A stretch of DNA of 64,000 bases from the human T2T-CHM13v2.0 reference genome, Homo sapiens: the NCBI RefSeq assembly GCF_009914755.1, contig NC_060946.1. One strand, written 5' to 3'. The notes beneath the pieces are model-generated. The model made no database searches and was not told where the DNA came from. It saw nothing but the letters and a program-made list of their open reading frames with translations. The position numbers were made by a program, and so were the translations under genes. Shown piece by piece: positions 1 through 13,800 of the stretch; the stretch's first letter is position 1, and each line of letters starts with the position of its first letter.

Positions 1-11
1 ATTCTATACTG

Positions 12-389
12 TACAAAAAATATCAAAGTACCCAAAGCATGTATTATATACTGTACCTAAAATATGAAAGTACATCAAATATATATTTTATTCTGTACAT
101 AAAATATCAAAGTACACCAAATATATATTCTATAGTGTACATAAAATATCAAAGTACCCAAACTATACATTATATACTGTACATAAAATATGAAATTACA
201 TCAAATATATATTATATTAGGTACATAAAATATGAAAGTACATCAAATATAGGTTATATACTGTACATAAAATATCAAAGTACCCCAAATATATATTATA
301 TACTCTACATGACATATCAAAGTTCACAAGGTATATATTATATACTGTACATAAAATATCAAAGTACCCAAAGTATATATTCTATACTG
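12..389 (+). repeat. Example of one 378-bp 9-mer unit. Monomer labels used here: a (CCCAAAGCATGT), b (GAAAGTACATCAAATATATATTTTATTC), c (ACACCAGAT..TCTATAGTG), d (CCCAAACTATACAT), e (GAAATTACATC..ATTAGG), f (CATCAAATATAGAT), g (CCCCAAAT..CATG), h (GTTCACAAAC), i (CCCAAGGTATATATTCT)
   Basis: CCCAAAGCATGT recurs at 31 and 409 (378 bp apart) with eight distinct monomers in between. The same order holds through the window. This particular unit carries several private substitutions relative to the consensus motifs listed. Confidence 0.93.
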
Positions 390-1870
390 CACAAAAAATA
401 TCAAAGTACCCAAAGCATGTATTATATACTGTACATAAAATATGAAAGTACATCGAATATATATCTTATTCTGTACATAAAATATCAAAGTACACCAGAT
501 ATATATTCTATAGTGTACATAAAATATCAAAGTACCCAAACTATACATTATATTCTGTACATAAAATATGAAATTACATCAAATATATATTAGGTACATA
601 AAATATGAAAGTACATCAAATATAGATTATATACTGTACATAAAATATCAAAGTACCCCAAATATATATTATATACTCTACATGAAATATCAAAGTTCAC
701 AAACTATATATTATATACTGTACTTAAAATATAAAATTACATCAAATATATTTTATATTAGGTACATAAAATATGAAACTACGTCAAATGTAGATTATAT
801 ACTTTACATTAAATACCAAAGTACCCCAAATATATATTTTATACTGTACATGAAATATCAAAGTTCACAAACTATATATTATATACTGTACATATAATAT
901 CAAAGTACCCAAGGTATATATTCTATACTGTACAAAAAATAACAAAGTACCAAAAGCATGTATTATATACTGTACCTAAAATATGAAAGTACATCAAATA
1001 TATATTTTATTCTGTACATAAAATATCAAAGTACACCAGTTATATATTCTATAGTGTACATAAAATATCAAAGTACCCAAACTATACATTACATACTGTA
1101 CATAAAATATGAAATTACATCAAATATATATTATATTAGGTACATAAAATATGAAAGTACATCAAATATAGATTATATACTGTACATAAAATATCAAAGT
1201 ACCCCAAATATATATTATATACTCTACATGACATATCAAAGTTCACAAGGTATATATTATATACTGTACATAAAATATCAAAGTACCCAAAGTATATATT
1301 CTATACTGCACAAAAAATATCAAAGTACCCAAAGCATGTATTATATACTGTACATAAAATATGAAAGTACATCGAATATATATCTTATTCTGTACATAAA
1401 ATATCAAAGTACACCAGATATATATTCTATAGTGTACATAAAATATCAAAGTACCCAAACTATACATTATATTCTGTACATAAAATATGAAATTACATCA
1501 AATATATATTAGGTACATAAAATATGAAAGTACATCAAATATAGATTATATACTGTACATAAAATATCAAAGTACCCCAAATATATATTATATACTCTAC
1601 ATGAAATATCAAAGTTCACAAACTATATATTATATACTGTACATAAAATATGAAATTACATCAAATATATTTTATATTAGGTACATAAAATATGAAAGTA
1701 CATCAAATATAGATTATATACTTTACATTAAATACCAAAGTACCCCAAATATATATTTTATACTGTACATGAAATATCAAAATTCACAAACTATATATTA
1801 TATACTGTACATATAATATCAAAGTACCCAAGGTATATATTCTATACTGTACAAAAAATAACAAAGTACC
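30..1870 (+). repeat. 919-bp tandem duplication (22 monomers minus 5 bp), repeated at ~15.5-17.3 kb and ~25.9-27.8 kb
   Basis: ORF pairs 39/958, 324/1243 and 568/1487 are all offset by 919. Both copies share CATGACATATC, TTCACAAGGT and TCGAATATATATCTT. Confidence 0.88.
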
Positions 1871-2899
1871 AAAAACATGTATTATATACTGTACCTAAAA
1901 TATGAAATTACATCAAATATATATTTTATTCTGTACATAAAATATCAAAGTACACCAGATATATATTCTATAGTGTACATAAAATATCAAAGTACCCAAA
2001 CTATACATTATATACTGTAAATAAAATATGAAATTACATCAAATATATATTATATTAGGTACATAAAATATGAAAGTACATCAAATATAGATTATATACT
2101 GTACATTAAATACCAAAGTACCCCAAATATATATTTTATACTGTACATGAAATATCAAAGTTCACAAACTATATATTATATACTGTACATATAATATCAA
2201 AGTACCCAGGGTATATATTCTATACTGTACAAAAAATATCAAAGCACCAAAAGCATGTATTATATACTGTACATAAAATATGAAAGTACATTAAATATAT
2301 ATTTTATTCTGTACATAAAATATCAAAGTACGCCAGATATATATTCTATAGTGTACATAAAATATCAAAGTACCCAAACTATACATTATATACTGTACAT
2401 AAAATATGAAATTACATCAAATATATATTATATTAGGTACATAAAATATGAAAGTACATCAAATATAGATTATATACTGTACATTAAATACCAAAGTACC
2501 CCAAATATATATTTTATACTGTACATGAAATATCAAAGTTCACAAACTATATATTATATACTGTACATAAAATATCAAAGTACCCAAGGTATATATTCTC
2601 TACTCTACAAAAAATATCAAAGTACCCAAAGCATGTATTATATACTATACCTAAAATATGAAAGTACATCAAATATATATTTTATTCTGTACATAAAATA
2701 TCAAAGTACACCAGATATATATTCTATAGTGTACATAAAATATCAAAGTACCCAAACTATACATTATATACTGTACATAAAATATGAAATTACATCAAAT
2801 ATATATTATATTAGGTACATAAAATATGAAAGTACATCAAATATAGATTATATACTGTACATAAAATATCAAAGTACCCCAAATATATATTATATACTC

Positions 2900-5800
2900 T
2901 ACAAGAAATATCAAAGTTCACAAGCTATATATTATATACTGTACATAAAATATCAAAGTACCCAAGGTATATATTCTATACTGCACAAAAAATATCAAAG
3001 TACCCAAAGCATGTATTATATACTGTACATAAAATATGAAAGTACATCGAATATATATTTTATTCTGTACGTAAAATATCAAAGTACACCAGATATATAT
3101 TCTATAGTGTACATAAAATATCAAAGTACCCAAACTATACATTATATTCTGTACATAAAATATGAAATTACATCAAATATATATTAGGTACATAAAATAT
3201 GAAAGTACATCAAATATAGATTATATACTGTACATAAAATATCAAAGTACCCCAAATATATATTATATACTCTACATGAAATATCAAAGTTCACAAACTA
3301 TATATTATATACTGTACATAAAATATGAAATTACATCAAATATATTTTATATTAGGTACATAAAATATGAAAGTACATCAAATATAGATTATATACTTTA
3401 CATTAAATACCAAAGTACCCCAAATATATATTTTATACTGTACATGAAATATCAAAGTTCACAAACTATATATTATATACTGTACATATAATATAAAAGT
3501 ACCCAAGGTATATATTCTATACTATACAAAAAATAACAAAGTACCAAAAGCATGTATTATATACTGTACCTAAAATGTGAAAGTACATCAAATATATATT
3601 TTATTCTGTACATAAAATATCAAAGTACATCAGATATATATTCTATAGTGTACATAAAATATGAAAGTACCCAAACTATACATTATATACTGTACATAAA
3701 ATATGAAATTACATCAAATATATTTTATATTAGGTACATAAAATATGAAAGTACATCAAATATACATTATATACTGTACATTAAATACCAAAGTACCCCA
3801 AATATATATTTTATACTGTACATGAAATATCAAAGTTCACAAACTATATATTATATAGTGCACATACAATATCAAAGTACCCAAGGTATATATTCTATAC
3901 TGTACAAAAAATATCAAAGTACCAAAAGCATGTATTATATACTGTACACAAAATATGAAAGTACATCAAATATACATTTTATTCTGTACATAAAATATCA
4001 AAGTACACCAGATACATATTCTGTAGTGTACATAAAATATCAAAGTACCCAAGCTATACATTATATACTGTAAATAAAATGTGAAATTACATCAAATATA
4101 TTTTATATTAGGTACATAAAATGTGAAACTACATCAAATATAGATTATATACTGTACATTAAATACCAAAGTACCCCAAATATATATTTTATACTATACA
4201 TGAAATATCAAAGTTCACAAACTATATATTATATACTGTACATAAAATATCAAAGTACCCAAGGTATATATTCTATACTGTACAAAAAATATCAAAGTAC
4301 CCAAAGCATGTATTATATACTGTACGTTAAATATGAAAGTACATCAAATATATATTTTATTCTGTACATAATATATCAAAGTACACCAGATATATATTCT
4401 ATAGTGTACATAAAATAACAAAGTACACAAACTATAAATTATATACTGTACATAAAATATGAAATTACATCAAATATATATTAGGTACATAAAATATGAA
4501 AGTACATCAAATTTAGATTATATACTGTACATAAAATATCAATGTACCCCAAATATATATTTTATACTCTACATGAAATATCAAAGTTCACAAACCATAT
4601 ATTGTATACTGTACATAAAATATCAAAGTACCCAAGGTATATATTCTATACTGTACAAAAAATATCAAAGTACCCAATGCATGTATTATACACTGTACAT
4701 AAAATATGAAAGTACATCAAATATATATTTTATTCTGTACATAAAATATCAAAGTACACCAGATATATATTCTATAGTGTCCATAAAATATCAAAGTACC
4801 CAAACTATACATTATATACTGTACATAAAATATGAAATTACATCAAATATATATTAGGTACATAAAATATGAAAGTACATCAAATATAGATTATATACTG
4901 TACATAAAATATGAGACTACATCAAATATATATTTTATTCTGTACATAAAATATCAAAGTACACCAGATATATATTCTATAGTGTACATAAAATATCAAA
5001 GTACCCAAACTATTTATTATATACTGTACATAAAATATGAAATTACATCAAATATATATTATATTAGGTACATAAAATATGAAAGTACATCAAATATAGA
5101 TTATATGCTGTACATTAAATACCAAAGTACCCCAAATATATATTTTATACTGTACATGAAATATCAAAGTTCACAAACTATATATTATATACTGTACATA
5201 AAATATCAAAGTACCCTAGGTATATATTCTATACTGTACCAAAAATATCAAAGTACCCAAAGCACGTATTATATACTGTACATAAAATATGAAAGTACAT
5301 CAAATATATATTTTATTCTGTACATAAAATATCAAAGTACACCAGATATATATTCTATAGTGTACATAAAATATCAAAGTACCCAAACTATACATTATAT
5401 ACTGTACATAAAATATGAAATTACATCAAATCTCTATTAGGTACATAAAATATGAAAGTACATCAAATATAGATTATATACTGTACATAAAATATCAAAG
5501 TACCACAAATATATATTATATACTCTACATGAAATATCAAAGTTCACAAACTATATATTATATACTGTACATAAAATATCAAAGTACCCAAGGTATATAT
5601 TCTATACTGTACAAAAAATATCAAAGTACCCAAAGCATGTATTAAATACTGTATATAAAATATGAAAGTACTTTAAATATATATTTTATTCTGTACATAA
5701 AATATCAAAGTACACCAGATATATAATCTATAGTGTACATAAAATTACAAAGTACACAAACTATAAATTATATACTGTACATAAAATATGAAATTACATC

Positions 5801-7850
5801 AAATATATATTAGGTACATAAAATATGAAAGTACATCAAATATAGATTATATACTGTACATATAATATCAATGTACCACAAATATATATTTTATACTCTA
5901 CATGAAATATCAAAGTTCACAAGCTATATATTATATACTGTACATAAAATATCAAAGTACCCAAGGTATATATTCTATACTGTACAAAAAATATCAACGT
6001 ACCCAAAGCATGTATTATATACTGTACATAAAATATGAAAGTACATCGAATATATATTTTATTCTGTACATAAAATATCAAAGTACACCAGATATATATT
6101 CTATAGTGTACATAAAATATCAAAGTACCCAAACTATACATTATATTCTGTACATAAAATATGAAATTACATCAAATATATATTAGGTACATAAAATACG
6201 AAAGTACATCAAATATAGATTATATACTGTACATAAAATATCAAAGTACCCCAAATATATATTATATACTCTACATGAAATATCAAAGTTCACAAACTCT
6301 ATATTATATACTGTACATAAAATATGAAATTACATCAAATATATTTTATATTAGGTACATAAAATATGAAAGTACATCAAATATAGATTATATACTTTAC
6401 ATTAAATACCAAAGTACACCAAATATATATTTTATACTGTACATGAAATATCAAAGTTCACAAACTATATATTATATACTGTACATATAATATCAAAGTA
6501 CCCAAGGTATATATTCTATACTGTACAAAAAATAACAAAGTACCAAAAGCATGTATTATATATTGTACCTAAAATGTGAAAGTACATCAAATATATATTT
6601 TATTCTGTACATAAAATATCAAAGTACATCAGATATATATTCTATAGTGTACATAAAATATCAAAGTACCCAAACTATACATTATATACTGTACATAAAA
6701 TATGAAATTACATCAAATATATTTTATATTAGGTACATAAAATATGAAAGTACATCAAATATAGATTATATACTGTACATTAAATACCAAAGTACCCCAA
6801 ATATATATTTTATACTGTACATGAAATATCAAAGTTCACAAACTATATATTATATAGTGCACATAAAATATCAAAGTACCCAAGGTATATATTCTATACT
6901 GTACAAAAAATATCAAAGTACCAAAAGCATGTATTATATACTGTACACAAAATATGAAAGTACATCAAATATACATTTTATTCTGTACATAAAATATCAA
7001 AGTACACCAGATACATATTCTATAGTGTACATAAAATATCAAAGTACCCAAACTATACATTATATACTGTAAATAAAATGTGAAATTACATCAAATATAT
7101 TTTATATTAGGTACATAAAATATGAAAGTACATCAAATATAGATTATATACTGTACATTAAATACCAAAGTACCCCAAATATATATTTTATACTATACAT
7201 GAAATATCAAAGTTCACAAACTATATATTATATACTGTACATAAAATATCAAAGTACCCAAGGTATATATTCTATACTGTACAAAAAATATCAAAGTACC
7301 CAAAGCATGTATTATATACTGTACATTAAATATGAAAGTACATCAAATATATATTTTATTCTGTACATAATATATCAAAGTACACCAGATATATATTCTA
7401 TAGTGTACATAAAATAACAAAGTACACAAACTATAGATTATATACTGTACATAAAATATGAAATTACATCAAATATATATTGGGTACATAAAATATGAAA
7501 GTACATCAAATTTAGATTATATACTGTACATAAAATATCAATGTACCCCAAATATATATTTTATACTCTACATGAAATATCAAAGTTCACAAACCATATG
7601 TTGTATACTGTACATAAAATATCAAAGTACCCAAGGTTTATATTCTATACTGTACAAAAAATATCAAAGTACCCAATGCACGTATTATACACTGTACATA
7701 AAATATGAAAGTACATCAAATATATATTTATTCTGTACATAAAATATCAAAGTACACCAGATATATATTCTATAGTGTACATAAAATATCAAAGTACCCA
7801 AACTATACATTATATACTGTACATAAAATATGAAATTACATCAAATATAT
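2900..7850 (+). repeat. Internal duplication of ~1.9 kb at offset 2,999 bp (~2.9-4.85 kb vs ~5.9-7.85 kb)
   Basis: ORF pairs 2918/5917, 3162/6161, 3552/6551, 4200/7199 and 4459/7458. Shared markers AAATGTGAAAG, TACATCAGAT, TAGTGCACAT, GATACATATT, AATTTAGATT and CCCAATGC. Confidence 0.85.
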
Positions 7851-10800
7851 ATTATATTAGGTACATAAAATATGAAAGTACATCAAATATAGATTATACA
7901 CACTACATAAAATATCAAAGTACCCCAAATATATATTATATACTCTACATGAAATATCAAAGTTTGTAAACTATATATTATATACTGTACATAAAATAAA
8001 GTCCCCAAGGTATATATTCTATACTGTAGATAAAATACCAAAGTACCCAAAGCATGTATTATATACTGTATATAAAATATGGAAGTACATCAAATATATA
8101 TTTTATTCTGTACATAAAATATCAAAGTACACCAGATATATATTCTATAGTGTACATAAAATAACAAAGTACAAAAACTATAAATTATATACTATACATA
8201 AAATATGAAATTACATCAAATATATATTAGGTACATAAAATATGAAAGTACATCAAATATAGATTATATACTGTACATAAAATTTCAATGTACCCCAAAT
8301 ATATATTTTATACTCTACATGAAATATCAAAGTTCACAAACTATATATTATATACTGTACATAAAATATCAAAGTACCCAAGGAATATATTCTATACTAT
8401 ACAAAAAATATCAAAGTACCCAAAGCATGTATTATATACTGTACCTAAAATATGAAAGTACATCAAATATATATTTTATTCTGTACATAAAATATCAAAG
8501 TACACCAGATATATATTCTATAGTGTACATAAAATATCAAAGTACCCAAACTATACATTATATACTGTCCATAAAATATGAAATTACATCAAATATATAT
8601 TATATTAGGTACATAAAATATCAAAGTACATCAAATATAGATTATATACTGTACATAAAATATCAAAGTACCCCAAATATATATTATATACTCTACATGA
8701 AATATCAAAGTACACAAGCTATATATTATATACTGTACATAAAATATCAAAGTACCCAAGGTATATATTCTATACTGCACAAAAAATATCAAAGTACCCA
8801 AAGCATGTATTATATACTGTACATAAAATATGAAAGTACATCGAATATATATTTTATTCTGTACATAAAATATCAAAGTACACCAGATATATATTCTATA
8901 GTGTACATAAAATATCAAAGTACCCAAACTATACATTATATTCTGTACATAAAATATGAAATTACATCAAATATATATTAGGTACATAAAATATGAAAGT
9001 ACATCAAATATAGATTATATAGTGTACATAAAATATCAAAGTACCCCAAATATATATTATATACTCTACATGAAATATCAAAGTTCACAAACTATATATT
9101 ATATACTGTACATAAAATATGAAATTACATCAAATATATTTTATATTAGGTACATAAAATATGAAAGTACATCAAATATAGATTATATACTTTACATTAA
9201 ATACCAAAGTACCCCAAATATATATTTTATACTGTACATGAAATATCAAAGTTCACAAACTATATATTATATACTGTACATATAATATCAAAGTACCCAA
9301 GGTATATATTATATACTGTACAAAAAATAACAAAGTACCAAAAGCATGTATTATATACTGTACCTAAAATATGAAATTACATCAAATATATATTTTATTC
9401 TATACAAAAAATATCAAAGTACACCAGATATATATTCTATAGTGTACATAAAATATCAAAGTACCCAAACTATACATTGTATACTGTAAATAAAATATGA
9501 AATTACATCAAATATATATTATATTAGGTACATAAAATATGAAAGTACATCAAATATAGATTATATACTGTACATTAAATACCAAAGTACCCCAAATATA
9601 TATTTTATACTGTACATGAAATATCAAAGTTCACAAACTATATATTATATACTGTACATATAATATCAAAGTACCCAAGGTATATATTCTATACTGTACA
9701 AAAAATATCAAAGCACCAAAAGCATGTATTATATACTGTACATAAAATATGAAAGTACATCAAATATATATTTTATTCTGTACATAAAATATCAAAGTAC
9801 GCCAGATATATATTCTATAGTGTACATAAAATATCAAAGTAAACAAACTATACATTATATACTGTACATAAAATATGAAATTACATCAAATATATATTAT
9901 ATTAGGTACATAAAATATGAAAGTACATCAAATATAGATTATATACTGTACATTAAATACCAAAGTACCCCAAATATATATTTTATACTGTACATGAAAT
10001 ATCAAAGTTCACAAACTATATATTATATACTGTACAAAAAATATCAAAGTACCCAAGGTATATATTCTCTACTGTACAAAAAATATCAAAGTACCCAAAG
10101 CATGTATTATATACTGTACCTAAAATATGAAAGTACATCAAATATATATTTTATTCTGTACATAAAATATCAAAGTACACCACATATATATTCTATAGTG
10201 TACATAAAATATCAAAGTACCCAAACTATACATTATATACTGTACATAAAATATGAAATTACATCAAATATATATTATATTAGGTACATAAAATATGAAA
10301 GTACATCAAATATAGATTATATACTGTACATAAAATATCAAAGTACCCCAAATATATATTATATACTCTACATGAAATATCAAAGTTCACAAGCTATATA
10401 TTATATACTGTACATAAAATATCAAAGTACCCAAGGTATATATTCTATACTGCACAAAAAATATCAAAGTACCCAAAGCATGTATTATATACTGTACATA
10501 AAATATGAAAGTACATCGAATATATATTTTATTCTGTACATAAAATATCAAAGTACACCAGATATATATTCTATAGTGTACATAAAATATCAAAGTACCC
10601 AAACTATACATTATATTCTGTACATAAAATATGAAATTACATCAAATATATATTAGGTACATAAAATATGAAAGTACATCAAATATAGATTATATACTGT
10701 AGATAAAATATCAAAGTACCCCAAATATATATTATATACTCTACATGAAATATCAAAGTTCACAAACTATATATTATATACTGTACATAAAATATGAAAT

Positions 10801-13800
10801 TACATCAAATATATTTTATATTAGGTACATAAAATATGAAAGTACATCAAATATAGATTATATACTGTACATAAAATATCAATGTACCCCAAATATATAT
10901 TTTATACTCTACATGAAATATCAAAGTTCACAAACCATATATTGTATACTGTACATAAAATATCAAAGTACCCAAGGTATGTATTCTATACTGTACAAAA
11001 AATATCAAAGTACCCAAAGCACGTATTATATACTGTACATAAAATATGAAATTACATCAAATATATATTTTATTCTGTACATAAAATATCAAAGTACACC
11101 AGATATATATTCTACAGTGTACATAAAATATCAAAGTACCCAAACTATACATTATATATTGTACATAAAATATGAAATTACAACAAATATATATTATATT
11201 AGGTAAATAAAATATGAAAGTACATCAAATATAGATTATATACTGTACATTAAGTACCAAAGTACCCCAAATATATATTTTATACTGTACATGAAATATC
11301 AAAGTTCACAAACTATATATTATATACTGTACATAAAATATCAAAGTATCCAAGGTATATATTATATACTGTACAAAAAATAACAAAGTACCCAAAGTAT
11401 GTATTATATACTGTACATAAAATATGAAAGTACATCAAATATATATTTTATTCTGTACATAAAATATCAAGATACACCAGATATATATTCTATAGTGTAC
11501 ATAAAATATCAAAGTACCCAAAGTATAAATTATATACTGTACATAAAATATGAAATTACATCAAATATATATTATATTATGTACATAAAATATGAAAGTT
11601 CATCAAATATAGATTATATAATGTACATTAAATACCAAAGTACCCCAAATATATATTTTATACTGTACATGAAATATCAAAGTTCACAAACTCTATATTA
11701 TATACTGTACATAAAATATCAAAGTACCCAAGGTATATATTCTATACTGTACAAAAGATATCAAAGTACCCAAAGCATGTATTATATACTGTACATAAAA
11801 TATGAAAGTACATCAAATATATATTTTATTCTGTACATAAAATATCAAAGTACACCAATTATATATTCTATAGTGTACAAAAAATATCAAAGTACCCAAA
11901 CTATTTATTATATACTGTACATAAAATAAGAAATTACATCAAATATATATTATATTAGGTACATAAAATATGAAAGTACATCAAATATAGATTATATACT
12001 GTACATTAAATACCAAAGTACCCCAAATATATATTTTATACTGTACATGAAATATCAAAGTTCACAAACTCTATATTATATACTGTACAAAAAACATCAA
12101 AGTACCCAAAACATGTATTATATACTGTACATAAAATATGAAAGTACATCAAATATATATTTTATTCTGTACATAATATATCAAAGTACACCAGATATAT
12201 ATTCTATAGTGTACATAAAATAACAAAGTACAAAAACTATAAATTCTATACTATACATAAAATATGAAATTACATCAAATACATATTAGGTACATAAAAT
12301 ATGAAAGTACATCAAATATAGATTATATACTGTACATAAAATATCAATGTACCCCAAATATATATTTTATACTCTACATGAAATATCAAAGTTCAAAAAC
12401 CATACATTATATAGTGTACATAAAATATCAAAGTACCCAAGGTATATATTCTATACTATACAAAAAATATCAAAGTACCCAAAGCATGTATTATATACTG
12501 TACATAAAATATGAAAGTACATCAAATATATATTTTATTCTGTACATAAAATATCAAAGTACACCAGATATATATTCTATAGTGTACATAAAATATCAAA
12601 ATACCCAAACTATACATTATATACTGTACATAAAATATGAGATTACATCAAATATATATTATATTAGGTACATAAAATATGAAAGTACATCAAATATAGA
12701 TTATATACTGTACATAAAATATCAAAGTACCCCAAATATATATTATATACTCTACATGAAATATCAAAGTTCACAAACTATATATTATATACTGTACATA
12801 AAATATCAAAGTACCCAAGGTATATATTCTATAATGTAGAAAAAATATCAAAGTACCCAAAGCGTGTATTTTATACTGTATATAAAATATGAAATTACAT
12901 CAAATATATATTATATTCTGTACATAAAATATCAAAGTACACCAGATATATATTCTATATTGTACATAAAATATCAAAGTACCCAAACTATACATTATAT
13001 ACTGTACATAAAATATGAAATTACATCAAATATATATTATATTAGGTACATAAAATATGAAAGTACATCAAATAGAGATTATATACTGTACATAAAATAT
13101 CAAAGTACCCCAAATATATATTATATACTCTACATGAAATATCAAAGTTCACAAACTATATATTATATACTGTACATAAAATATCAAAGTACCCAAGGTA
13201 TATATTCTATACTGCACAAAAAATATCAAAGTACCCAAAGCATGTATTATATACTCTATATAAAATATGAAAGTACATCAAATATATATTTTATTCTGTA
13301 CATAAAATATCAAAGTAAACCAGATATATATTCCACAGTGTACATAAAATAACAAAGTACACAAACTATAAATTATATACTGTACATAAAATATGAAATT
13401 ACATCAAATATATACTAGGTACATAAAATATGAAAGTACATCAAATATAGATTATATACTGTACATAAAATATCAATGTACCCCAAATATATATTTTATA
13501 CTCTACATGAAATATCAAAGTTCACAAACCATATATTATATACTGTACATAAAATATCAAAGTACCCAAGGTATATATTCTATACTGTACAAAAAATATC
13601 AAAGTACACAAAGCATGTATTATATACTGTACATAAAATATGAAAGTACATCAAATATATATTTTATTCTGTACAAAAAAATCAAAGTGCACCAGACATA
13701 TATTCTATAGTGTACATAAAATATCAAAGTACCCAAACTATACATTATATACTGTACATAAAATATGAAATTACATCAAATATATTTTATATTAGGTACA

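Noticed and set aside
324-548. Recurring 74-101 aa minus-strand ORFs (MYSLGTLIFYV...)
   Set aside because: These are antisense translations of the class X satellite unit. They recur because the DNA is repeated, not because a protein is conserved.
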